Below, piece after piece: positions 27,627-36,191 of a stretch of DNA of 39,400 nt (position 1 is the stretch's first letter; every line of letters begins with the position of its first letter). Source of the DNA: Candidatus Babeliales bacterium (GTDB lineage: Bacteria > Babelota > Babeliae > Babelales > Vermiphilaceae); NCBI GenBank assembly GCA_044451405.1, contig JBIOKB010000002.1, forward strand, positions 1 through 39,400. Direction: 5' to 3'. Under the pieces are notes generated by a model. The model was given only the letters and a program-made list of their open reading frames with translations, did not search any database and had not been told where the DNA came from. The translations under genes and the position numbers were made by a program.

Positions 27627-28691
27627 ATGCTTTTGCATCTTTCCTATTGTTTAAAGAATTATTTGTCATTTTTAAATGTGGTACACTATGTAAGTTTTCG
27701 TGCTATCGCATCATTACTTACCACCCTGATCTTTTCCCTTGCATTTGGTAATTGGTTTATTGACAAATCGCAACTATTGTTTCGCGCAAAGTCCCGTGAG
27801 TATACTCCCGAGAGACATAAAGAGAAAGATGATATGCCAACCATGGGGGGTATTTTTATTCTCATGGCAGTGGTGATTAACGTGTTATTATGGTGCAACC
27901 TCTGTAAGATACAGGTGTGGATCTTCTTATTCTGTATGCTGGGTTTTGGTGCCATTGGCTGTTGGGACGATTGGTCTAAAATTAGATATAACAAAGGTAT
28001 TTCTGCTTCCCATAAATTTTATTTGCAATGGTTGGTTGCAGGTATCACGGTCCTTTGGTGGATGTTGGGGACCCATGCAGCAACTACCGTAACCTTTCCC
28101 TTTTTTAAATCGGTACAACCTGATCTTGGGTGGTTCTTTTTACTCTGGGCGATGTATATCATTGTAGGTACTTCTAACGCGGTTAATCTCACCGATGGAT
28201 TAGATGGTCTTGCGCTTGGTTCATTAATTCCTAATTTTGCTACATTTGCCGGTATTTGTTATGTAGCAGGGCACGTGCAGCTTGCTTCCTATTTACACAT
28301 TCCGTTTGCTGATAGTGCAGAACTAGCTGTTGTAGCATCTACGCTGGTAGGAGCATCCTTAGGATTTTTATGGTATAACGCATATCCAGCACAAATTTTT
28401 ATGGGTGATGTTGGTTCGCTTGCATTAGGAAGTGGGCTCGCATTGCTTGCACTTATGGCAAAAGAAGAATTGCTTCTTGTTGTTTCTGGCGGATTATTTG
28501 TACTTGAAACAGTATCTGTTATGTTGCAAGTTGCCTCATTTAAATATTGTGGACGCCGTATTTTTAAAATGGCGCCCATTCATCATCATTTTGAATTGCT
28601 TGGCTGGCAGGAATCAAAGATTACTACCCGCTTTGGCATCATCTCATTAATACTGTGTTTAGCCGCCCTCATAACATTTAAGCTTCGTTAG
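27627..28691 (+). CDS. mraY: Phospho-N-acetylmuramoyl-pentapeptide transferase
   Basis: PTMGGI, IGCWDD, SNAVNLTDGLDGLA, NAYPAQIFMGDVGS, MAPIHHHFE; start placed at ATG 27627. Confidence 0.97.
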   Translation: MLLHLSYCLKNYLSFLNVVHYVSFRAIASLLTTLIFSLAFGNWFIDKSQLLFRAKSREYTPERHKEKDDMPTMGGIFILMAVVINVLLWCNLCKIQVWIFLFCMLGFGAIGCWDDWSKIRYNKGISASHKFYLQWLVAGITVLWWMLGTHAATTVTFPFFKSVQPDLGWFFLLWAMYIIVGTSNAVNLTDGLDGLALGSLIPNFATFAGICYVAGHVQLASYLHIPFADSAELAVVASTLVGASLGFLWYNAYPAQIFMGDVGSLALGSGLALLALMAKEELLLVVSGGLFVLETVSVMLQVASFKYCGRRIFKMAPIHHHFELLGWQESKITTRFGIISLILCLAALITFKLR

Positions 28692-28702
28692 TCTGCGGCT
28701 AA

Positions 28703-28750
28703 CCCGCCGTAGCTTGCCGAGTTTGAAGACCCGGATAAGCGAAGGCTGGG
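28703..28750 (+). repeat. GTAG-type palindromic element (complete copy) between convergent genes
   Basis: CCC-GCC-GTA-GCTT-GCCGAGTTTGAAGACCCGGAT-AAGC-GAA-GGC-T-GGG. Confidence 0.9.
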
Positions 28751-28769
28751 TCAGTCATCTACATAACGC

Positions 28770-30116
28770 TTAAACTTCGGTAACTTCATCAAGATATCTG
28801 CCGGGTGTACACAAGAACATCACGATACCAATAATCAGTAGCACGCTAAACATGGTCAGTGAGCCGATGCCAGTGTTTATTAACCCAGTAATACACGCAG
28901 TAATAAGAAGATCGCAACTGATAAGACCTAAGAGTGGTAAACCGTTCGTCCTGAGCCAGTCCAAGGATGCGAACGGGTATTTTTTATCAGCAGATTTGCG
29001 GTTTGCGCGTAGCAGTGCGCACACACTGATAGTGTACGTAAGCACTGCAGCAAGAGCGCTTGTTTGTTGTAATGGTACTTGGCTGCCTTGTGTAACAAAA
29101 AGATATAACCCGCATAATAATCCTTCAGCAATAATACATGCATACGGAATCATGTGTTTGTTGAGTGTGGTAAAGAGTGAAGGAAAGATAATGTGTTTGT
29201 GTTGTGCAATTGCATACAAATTCCATGTATTGCTAAAAAGAATACCATAGCTGCCACCAAGTGCTGATGAGGCGATAGCAAGATTAAAGAGCATGCCTAG
29301 CGTGTGAGCTAATGATGTGTTGTTTGGTGCAAGATGTTCAACTAATGCAGGAAATGCGTCACGATAACTACCAAGGTGGGTAAGTTCATCACCAAGTACG
29401 CCATACACGGCACATTGATAGAGGGTGATGATGGAAATAACAATGGCGTATGAGATAAAAATAGCGAGCGGTGCATTACGCTGTGCATTCTGAATTCTGC
29501 TACTCAGTGAGCATGCTGCTTCAAAACCCATGGCTGCGTATAACACGAGCGGCAAACTTGAGGGAATGCCAGTCCATACACAGTGCGCACTATCAAAATT
29601 AGTTAGATTGAATAAAAAAAATCCTACCAAAATAGCAAAAATAATGACGGACGCTTTCAGCGTAGTAAAGAGCGCTTGTATTCTGCTTCCCGCTTTCATG
29701 TTGAGCATATTAAGAGCAATAAAAAATGACAAAATGCAGCCATCAATAAGTAATGGATTATAGGGTGTGAGGCTAGTAATCAGTTGCTGTAGAATGAGTA
29801 CCGAAGTGTGAATCATGATAGCAGCCGATGCTAACTTGCCAGTAAAATATATCCAAGCACTTAAAAAACCAAAAAATGGATTAATTTCACGGCGTGCAAA
29901 AATATAAAAACCACCTGATGGATGTAATTTAACGAGTTCTGCTACGCATATAATAAGTGGCAGCAATAAAATGCCTACGAGCGCGTAACTTAAGCAGCCA
30001 AGCGCTCCTGCTCGCGTTGCAAGTTCTGCGGTATTAATAAAAATACCCACGCCAAGCATAATGTTGATATTGATTAAAATGGCGGTGGGAAGTGAGAGAG
30101 TATGATGTTGAGTCAT
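28770..30116 (-). CDS. APC-family amino acid permease
   Basis: About 12 TM helices, NIMLGVGIF, P.SGGFY, YAAMGFE...I.NAQRNAP. Confidence 0.88.
   Translation of the reverse strand: MTQHHTLSLPTAILININIMLGVGIFINTAELATRAGALGCLSYALVGILLLPLIICVAELVKLHPSGGFYIFARREINPFFGFLSAWIYFTGKLASAAIMIHTSVLILQQLITSLTPYNPLLIDGCILSFFIALNMLNMKAGSRIQALFTTLKASVIIFAILVGFFLFNLTNFDSAHCVWTGIPSSLPLVLYAAMGFEAACSLSSRIQNAQRNAPLAIFISYAIVISIITLYQCAVYGVLGDELTHLGSYRDAFPALVEHLAPNNTSLAHTLGMLFNLAIASSALGGSYGILFSNTWNLYAIAQHKHIIFPSLFTTLNKHMIPYACIIAEGLLCGLYLFVTQGSQVPLQQTSALAAVLTYTISVCALLRANRKSADKKYPFASLDWLRTNGLPLLGLISCDLLITACITGLINTGIGSLTMFSVLLIIGIVMFLCTPGRYLDEVTEV
28940..28978 (+). repeat. Palindromic CCGTTCGTCC-type element in frame within the permease
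   Basis: CCGTTCG-TCCT-GAGCCAGTCCA-AGGA-TG-CGAACGG hairpin; encodes PFASLDWLRTNG on the coding strand. Confidence 0.8.
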
Positions 30117-30152
30117 GAGAGTCCTTAACGTAACAACGACATATTTTGTGCA

Positions 30153-30896
30153 CTAAGACATTTTACTCACATATAGTGCAATAGATCCAGCAATGGCAGC
30201 ATTAAGACTTTCAACATTGCCCGGCATTGCAAGGGTAACTTTTGTATCACAGCTTGCAAGCCATGGTAATGGAATGCCATCCGCTTCATTGCCTACAACA
30301 AGTAATGCGTTGTTAGCATCGATGTCTTGTACTTTTTTGCCGCCGCTGGTAACTAAGGCGCATAATTTTAATGGCCCTTTGTGCGCGAGCACTTCATCCC
30401 AGCGCAGAGATGAAATAGTTATAGTACCAATGGTACCTGCACTTGCTTGTACTACTTTGGGTGACCAAGGATCAGTTCCTTCTACGATGACCACTGATTG
30501 TACGTTGAGTGCTGCACAGGTACGAATTAACGTGCCCATGTTGCCCGGATCTGAAATGCGTGCTAATACCATGCCCGGTTTTAATGGACCAGGTATTGCT
30601 GGTTTAGGAATAGTAAATACGCCTAAAATGCCGCTGGGGGTTGTTGCTTGGCTCATCTTTTCAAAGACGTGAGGGGATACAAGGGTAACATCGTTTTCGT
30701 GAACCAGATGTTTAATAGCAGGATACATCTCCTCAGTTGCATACAGCTGTACCAATTCGATAGGTGAATTAATGAGGGTGGAACACGTGCGTAACCCTTC
30801 AGCAATAAATTGTTTTAATTTTTTGCGCTCTTTTGCTTGAGCAAGGCCAGCAACTTCTTTAATTTCATCGTTAAAACGTGACGTGATAGTTTTCAT
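30153..30896 (-). CDS. TrmH/SpoU family RNA methyltransferase
   Basis: FIAEG, DPGNMGTLIRT, DPWSPKVVQASAG, VGNEADG, ESLNAAIA. Confidence 0.93.
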   Translation of the reverse strand: MKTITSRFNDEIKEVAGLAQAKERKKLKQFIAEGLRTCSTLINSPIELVQLYATEEMYPAIKHLVHENDVTLVSPHVFEKMSQATTPSGILGVFTIPKPAIPGPLKPGMVLARISDPGNMGTLIRTCAALNVQSVVIVEGTDPWSPKVVQASAGTIGTITISSLRWDEVLAHKGPLKLCALVTSGGKKVQDIDANNALLVVGNEADGIPLPWLASCDTKVTLAMPGNVESLNAAIAGSIALYVSKMS

Positions 30897-30902
30897 ATAA
30901 TC

Positions 30903-32033
30903 CTATAGTTCGTCGTTCATAATGCGGTTTCGATAAGTGGCCATGAGCTGCACCATGAAATGTAAGTTGTGGATGGTAGCAAGTTGATGTGCAGTAACTT
31001 CTTTTGCTTTAAAAAGATGATGAAGATAAGCACGGGTGTATTTTTGACATACGATGCACGTGCAGTCTGGATCAACAGGAGTAAAATTCTCTCTATTACT
31101 GCTGTGCATAATTTTAAGGTTGCCTGTTGTCGTAAAGAGTAGACCATGGCGTGCACATTTTGTTGGATGTGAGCTATCAAATGTGTCGATACCTAGGCGG
31201 ATACAGGCATCTAATGAATCAAGATCGCCGATGCCTAATAAATGATTTGGTTTATCTTCTGGAAGTAATGGCACGGTGTAGCTGAGCATATCAACCATTT
31301 CTGTACGCGTTTTTCCTAATGAGCCGCCAATAGCATACCCATCAAACGGTAATTTGGTGAGTGTTGCACAACTGTAGGTGCGTAGCTCTTTATCTACACC
31401 GCCATGAATGACGGCATACATTGCTTGATTATTTGGATCTGCGCGATGAGCATCTAATGAGCGTTTTTCCCAGCGATGCGTGCGCTCAAGTGATTTTTTA
31501 AGTGCGTGGGGAGTAACGTGATAGGGAAGTAACTCATCAAACGGAATAATAATATCGGCACCCAGATCTTTTTGAGCAGCAATGGATGTTTCAGGGGTTA
31601 ATAATATTTTATCCCCATTACGATATGATCTAAAAACGACACCTTCTTCGGTGATGCTAAGTACAGAGCCATCATGCTTTTTCTTACCACTGCTTTTAAG
31701 TTCTTCATGTACTGTCCCATAGGCCAAGCTAAATACCTGAAATCCGCCTGAATCAGTAATAATCGGGTGTTTGCGATTGATAAAGGAGTGAAGACCGCCC
31801 GCTTTTTTAATGACGTCTGATCCTGGTTGGAGCATAAGGTGGTAGGTATTGCAAAACATAAGTTGAAGGCCGATAGCATTAACCAGCTCATTATCAATAG
31901 CTTTTAACGTCGCGTTGGTACCTACGGCGACAAACCCCGGGGTATCAATGATACCGTGTGGGGTATGGATACGTCCCACGCGGGCGCGGGATGTGCGGGA
32001 TTGATGGATAAGTTCGAAAGAAAATGGAGACAT
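30903..32033 (-). CDS. tgt: tRNA-guanine transglycosylase
   Basis: TPHG.IDTP, NTYHL, TDSGGFQVFSL, HLLGIG, GIDTFD, Zn ligands CTCIVC...HNL; start placed at ATG 32033. Confidence 0.96.
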   Translation of the reverse strand: MSPFSFELIHQSRTSRARVGRIHTPHGIIDTPGFVAVGTNATLKAIDNELVNAIGLQLMFCNTYHLMLQPGSDVIKKAGGLHSFINRKHPIITDSGGFQVFSLAYGTVHEELKSSGKKKHDGSVLSITEEGVVFRSYRNGDKILLTPETSIAAQKDLGADIIIPFDELLPYHVTPHALKKSLERTHRWEKRSLDAHRADPNNQAMYAVIHGGVDKELRTYSCATLTKLPFDGYAIGGSLGKTRTEMVDMLSYTVPLLPEDKPNHLLGIGDLDSLDACIRLGIDTFDSSHPTKCARHGLLFTTTGNLKIMHSSNRENFTPVDPDCTCIVCQKYTRAYLHHLFKAKEVTAHQLATIHNLHFMVQLMATYRNRIMNDEL

Positions 32034-32155
32034 AATAAAGAATAGTAGCATAGGAATAGTGCTTATGCACGCTATTTAACCGCGTATTATTGCACTGAGC
32101 TAATTATGTATAATAGTATTATAGACTATGAGACATAGCTGAAAAAAGGGCGCAG

Positions 32156-32226
32156 CCCGGCGTAGCTTAATTAGGCTACGAAGTTGTGCGCATAAGCGCA
32201 CTATTTATTCCATGAAGCGAAGAGGG
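32156..32226 (+). repeat. Composite GTAG-type element with internal mini-hairpin
   Basis: Left arm CCCGGC-GTA-GCTT, right arm AAGC-GAA-GAGGG; inside, an inverted GGCTACGAAG half-site and GTGCGC-ATAA-GCGCAC (32186-32201). Confidence 0.7.
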
Positions 32227-32236
32227 GGGGGCGGCA

Positions 32237-32677
32237 ATGAAGTGGATGATCGTGATAAGTATAGTAAGTGTCGGAATATTGAATGCGCAAGTAGCACCGG
32301 ATAAAGACGCATCTCTACCGCTGGTAATTCAGAATACTAATTCTATTAAAGTAGAAAACAAACGTGATCTGCGTGATTGTTCATCCTGTGTAGGGTCAGA
32401 GTTTAAGGCCTGTATGCGTGCATTAACAAAAGAGGATTTTGCTACCAACATTCGTGCATTGCATCCGCGTGCGTGTACCGCCTACGTACAACAATTAGAA
32501 AAAGATGAAATTATTGAAATTCGCAAGCTATTTACCGTAGAAGAATGGCAAGAGTTGCCGCCGATTTTTACTCACGCAGTGTATGAACATTTTGAAGTAG
32601 AACGAAAAAAAGCGGAGGATGCGTTGTGGGATAGAATACTGGTTTTATTGGTTCGTATAGGTGCATTTAATGATTAG
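32237..32677 (+). CDS. Hypothetical exported protein
   Basis: MKWMIVISIVSVGILNA signal; G-rich RBS. Confidence 0.7.
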   Translation: MKWMIVISIVSVGILNAQVAPDKDASLPLVIQNTNSIKVENKRDLRDCSSCVGSEFKACMRALTKEDFATNIRALHPRACTAYVQQLEKDEIIEIRKLFTVEEWQELPPIFTHAVYEHFEVERKKAEDALWDRILVLLVRIGAFND

Positions 32678-32684
32678 GAATCAT

Positions 32685-33437
32685 ATGAAAAAAATTATTG
32701 TGTGCATGGTACTCTGGTGTGGTTTTTGTTATGCGGTTGAACCTGAAAAAGCAACACCGATAACCACTCAGATAAAAGAACAGATTCAGCGCATTGAAGT
32801 GCCATCGCATATTAAAGGATTAAGCATTGTTAATAATAATACGCTACACGTGCGTGATACCATGCAACCGTGGAAAGATCCACAGCGTACGTTGGATTAT
32901 TATCCCGAATATCCTGTACATCCACGTACAGCACTGCAACCAGAGCAAAGTAGTGCGCATAAGCGCACCTCGGGATGGCGGTGTACCATTGGTGGCATTG
33001 TATGTGCGGCAGTTGTGTATAGTGCAGTCAGAGCGTATGTACATCTTTTAGCTCAAGAGTTGGATAATAAAGCGCGCTGGTGGAATTGGAAAGCAGACGT
33101 GTTATTTATTACAGTAACAGAGGAATCAGAAAAACAGCTTGCACAAGAATTATTACTCCAGATACAGCAGCGCTACGATAAAAAAACCGTGAATGATGTT
33201 GCGTTCATTATGCCGTTAGTTCACTTTATCCAAGATACTAACCATGAACAGGGATATCTGGAACATCTTATTAAGGTATACGAGGTGGTGCGTTCATGCC
33301 ATATACATCATCTTATAGCAGCAGATGAACAGATACTTACTCATGCTCGGGTTAAATTAGCACGCCTTGCGTATATACGAACATTATGTATGAAATGGTT
33401 GAGTACCTATGCAGTTGACGTTCCAACAGGTTACTAA
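32685..33437 (+). CDS. Hypothetical protein with signal peptide and internal TM segment
   Basis: AGGA RBS before ATG 32685, MKKIIVCMVLWCGFCYA. Confidence 0.7.
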   Translation: MKKIIVCMVLWCGFCYAVEPEKATPITTQIKEQIQRIEVPSHIKGLSIVNNNTLHVRDTMQPWKDPQRTLDYYPEYPVHPRTALQPEQSSAHKRTSGWRCTIGGIVCAAVVYSAVRAYVHLLAQELDNKARWWNWKADVLFITVTEESEKQLAQELLLQIQQRYDKKTVNDVAFIMPLVHFIQDTNHEQGYLEHLIKVYEVVRSCHIHHLIAADEQILTHARVKLARLAYIRTLCMKWLSTYAVDVPTGY

Positions 33438-33939
33438 CCGAGTAACGTGGTTAAGTTTGTGTGTAGGGTGGGTTGTTCCTGCGCAGAGTACTCCGTATCA
33501 TTTTTCAGCCAATGCGCTTGCAGCATTATCACAGGTTGCTTCAAAGACAGCATGTTCTAATACACAGATGCTGCATGCAGATGACCATCTGCTTTTACAA
33601 AAATCTGAAAAGAATATGTCATGGCTGACGGTTGATCGTGTACATACGCTTATTAATAGTGCTGCTTGCTTGTATGCGCTTATTCGTATTGCACAGTGTT
33701 ATCATCGTTATTTTATTGCTCACGCACCACAACCAGAGCGATGGTACGATCAGTTTATTACCATTGGTGATATAACCATTGTAAAAAAAATACGCTTTAC
33801 GTGCGCAGCAGTAAGCATTCTTGGGGAAACTCTCGTAGGCAAAACATTAGTAAAATTGTTGCTTGTGTGTGCTACGGGAGATATTACTGATCTTATTGAA
33901 CAGGCATTAGTACGTATGAAGAAGATGGTAGTGGGATAA
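33409..33939 (+). CDS. Hypothetical protein
   Basis: 176-aa ORF overlapping the end of the upstream gene; hydrophobic segments. Confidence 0.6.
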   Translation: MQLTFQQVTNRVTWLSLCVGWVVPAQSTPYHFSANALAALSQVASKTACSNTQMLHADDHLLLQKSEKNMSWLTVDRVHTLINSAACLYALIRIAQCYHRYFIAHAPQPERWYDQFITIGDITIVKKIRFTCAAVSILGETLVGKTLVKLLLVCATGDITDLIEQALVRMKKMVVG

Positions 33940-33943
33940 AGTA

Positions 33944-33991
33944 TCCAGCCTACGCTTATCCGGGCATTCAAGCTCGGCAAGCTACGGCGGA
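33944..33991 (-). repeat. GTAG-type palindromic element (complete copy, reverse orientation)
   Basis: Minus strand TCC-GCC-GTA-GCTT-GCCGAGCTTGAATGCCCGGAT-AAGC-GTA-GGC-T-GGA. Confidence 0.9.
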
Positions 33992-34007
33992 CAAGGGGGG
34001 AGAGTGT

Positions 34008-34370
34008 ATGCGTAATTATATTATTATAGTGATGCTAAGTGTAAGCAGTATGTATGCAGAGGTCACAGTGCCAATGCTACAGCTTGTAAATAAGACAGGC
34101 AGAAAGACAGGATATCCATCACAAACTATTGCTGTAGACGTAATTCTCGGGTCTGATAAATCGGTGTTTGCGCATGTGGATCTTGCACCATTTTCATCAA
34201 CACCAATAAAAGTGCCAGGCCTTCCAGGCACGTTCACACTCCAATATTCCCGTGGTGGTCTTATGGGGAGCACGGACACAGGGATCATACAAGTGCCGGT
34301 TGTTGAGGGTACACAATTGATATTTTACGATGATTCATATGAGATTAAAAAGCCAAAACGAAACGAGTAG
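34008..34370 (+). CDS. Hypothetical exported beta-rich protein
   Basis: GGAG RBS, MRNYIIIVMLSVSSMYA signal. Confidence 0.7.
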   Translation: MRNYIIIVMLSVSSMYAEVTVPMLQLVNKTGRKTGYPSQTIAVDVILGSDKSVFAHVDLAPFSSTPIKVPGLPGTFTLQYSRGGLMGSTDTGIIQVPVVEGTQLIFYDDSYEIKKPKRNE

Positions 34371-34375
34371 AACTC

Positions 34376-35035
34376 ATGAAAATCTTTTTAGATACTGCAG
34401 ATGTAAATAAGCTACGCCTGTATAGTGATATGGGGCTTATTGATGGGGTAACAACCAATCCCACCCATTTAAGTACCGTGGGAGGAGATCCTGTTAAGCA
34501 TGTACGCGAAATTTGTGCGCTATTTCCTGAAGGGGATATTAGTGTTGAAGTAACAGAGACTGATCCAGCACAGATATATGCACAAGCTAAAAAAATACAG
34601 GCACTACATAGCAATGTGGTAGTTAAAGTTCCAGCCCATAAACAATACATTGCAACAATACGCCGTCTTGTTGATGAGGGAGTTGCGATTAATGTAACGC
34701 TCGTATTTTCGGTGCTCCAAGGGCTGTGCATGGCTAAATTGGGAGTACGCTATATTTCTCCGTTTATTGGCAGATTAGATGATAGTGGTACTGATGGCAT
34801 ACAGGTGGTAGCTGAGTTGCGTGAAGTTTTTGATAACTATAGTTTTGATACGCAGATACTTGCTGCTTCTATTCGTGACGTTGCCCAGGTGCATGATGCA
34901 GCAGTTATCGGCGCTGATGCAGTAACTATGCCGCCAGAGATTTTTGAGAAAATGATAACGCATCCATTAACTGACCAGGGAATGCAGTTATTTAATGCAG
35001 CGTGGCAGCAATTGGGTGTGCGACAATTTCCCTAA
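34376..35035 (+). CDS. tal: Transaldolase (short TalC/FSA family)
   Basis: FLDTA, GVTTNP, VVKVP Schiff-base Lys, NVTLVFS; ISVEV (Glu) and SPFIGR (Phe) indicate transaldolase rather than FSA (Gln/Tyr). Confidence 0.92.
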   Translation: MKIFLDTADVNKLRLYSDMGLIDGVTTNPTHLSTVGGDPVKHVREICALFPEGDISVEVTETDPAQIYAQAKKIQALHSNVVVKVPAHKQYIATIRRLVDEGVAINVTLVFSVLQGLCMAKLGVRYISPFIGRLDDSGTDGIQVVAELREVFDNYSFDTQILAASIRDVAQVHDAAVIGADAVTMPPEIFEKMITHPLTDQGMQLFNAAWQQLGVRQFP

Positions 35036-35050
35036 TGCGTCAGCATTAGG

Positions 35051-35180
35051 GCCCTTCATAGCTTAAAAATAGTGTGCAATAGCACACCACTACTCGTGCG
35101 TGCCCTTCGTAGCCTGCCAAGCCGGTAGGCATGGATAGGCGAAGTAGGGTATTACTTCGATAGTAAAAGCGAAGTAGGGC
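35051..35180 (+). repeat. Nested pair of GTAG-type elements with two side hairpins
   Basis: Outer GCCCTTC-ATA-GCTT (35051) ... AAGC-GAA-GTAGGGC (35180); inner GCCCTTC-GTA-GCCT (35102) ... AGGC-GAA-GTAGGGT (35150); GTGTGC-AATA-GCACAC (35072-35087); TTACT-TCGAT-AGTAA (35152-35166). Confidence 0.85.
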
Positions 35181-35208
35181 GCTTTCAGGACACCCAATAG
35201 GGTAAGTG

Positions 35209-35238
35209 TTGACCGTTCATATTTTCAATCTGTAAAAT
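35209..35238 (+). promoter_or_regulatory. Sigma70-type promoter
   Basis: TTGACC-18 nt-TAAAAT upstream of ORF 35281. Confidence 0.55.
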
Positions 35239-35280
35239 TGTATGGTGGTGATGATGTAACACGTCAATAAAGGGGGTTGT

Positions 35281-35673
35281 ATGAAGATGGGTGTTATAGC
35301 GCTGTGTATAATGAGCACATCGCTCTACGGATATCATAAATTTCGCTGCATGGATTGTTTGTTAGATAACAAAACATCAAGTATCCAATTTGTTGCCACC
35401 CCTTCATTTTCCATAGCAAAAGCATCATACGTGATGGTTGATAATCGTGGCGTAACCACCAGCTATGTGTATCTTTCAGCCCTTGATAAGCGTGCTATTG
35501 TAAAACAATTGCGCGCGTATAATACAGAAACTCCCATTACACAGGATCTTATTAATGCCTGTAAACGCCCGGCATGGCGACGTAAGCAGGTAGTTGGATT
35601 GGTGTTACAGGATTTTAAATCGATGAAGCCTACGGCTACGGTAGGTGACGTGCTTGCGGCATTGCAGTTGTAA
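35281..35673 (+). CDS. Hypothetical exported protein
   Basis: AGGGGG RBS, short signal-like N-terminus. Confidence 0.65.
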   Translation: MKMGVIALCIMSTSLYGYHKFRCMDCLLDNKTSSIQFVATPSFSIAKASYVMVDNRGVTTSYVYLSALDKRAIVKQLRAYNTETPITQDLINACKRPAWRRKQVVGLVLQDFKSMKPTATVGDVLAALQL

Positions 35674-35678
35674 AATAA

Positions 35679-35697
35679 TGGCCGCATTACGCGGCCA
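35679..35697. terminator. Hairpin between convergent genes
   Basis: TGGCCGC-ATTAC-GCGGCCA; TTATTTT tail on the minus strand. Confidence 0.7.
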
Positions 35698-35702
35698 CGT
35701 TC

Positions 35703-36191
35703 TTATGATTTCTGTTCTGATTTTTCGACTGGTGAAAAAGAAGCCAAAGGCGCTTCAAGCATTACACTTCCCACTTGTATAAGTACTTTTGTCTGTGCAA
35801 AAGCTTTTAGTGCTGCTGCTTGTTCGGCTTTAACTTTTTCAGCTTCTGCTAATTTTTGTAATAGTTCAGATTCGCGTATGCTAGGAGCTGAGTGGTGTCT
35901 AGGAGATGCTGAGTCTCTTTTTTTCATAGGGGATCTTTTTGAATGTTCTTCAGCTGTAGCAGATTTATTTTTTGGTGTTTTGGGTGATTCAGGTACATAT
36001 GATGGAGTAACTGGAGCACTATATGCATATGTATGTGAGGTTCCAAAGTTTCTTTGTCTGTCCACTGGGGCAATTTCTCGTGAAGCAGAGCGTTTTAGTC
36101 CACCTGCTTCGTAGTGTACCATATCATGCATCCCCCACGCAGTTGCTCCAAAACTTAAACTCACCAATCCTAAGTAAAAACGTGCTATCAT
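35703..36191 (-). CDS. Hypothetical exported, largely low-complexity Ser/Pro/Lys-rich protein
   Basis: AAGGA RBS, signal-like N-terminus, repeated SP/TP dipeptides, short coiled coil. Confidence 0.7.
   Translation of the reverse strand: MIARFYLGLVSLSFGATAWGMHDMVHYEAGGLKRSASREIAPVDRQRNFGTSHTYAYSAPVTPSYVPESPKTPKNKSATAEEHSKRSPMKKRDSASPRHHSAPSIRESELLQKLAEAEKVKAEQAAALKAFAQTKVLIQVGSVMLEAPLASFSPVEKSEQKS

Noticed and set aside
9742-33991. CRISPR array from the 33-bp repeats
   Set aside because: Copies are kilobases apart and in both orientations, with no spacers and no cas genes
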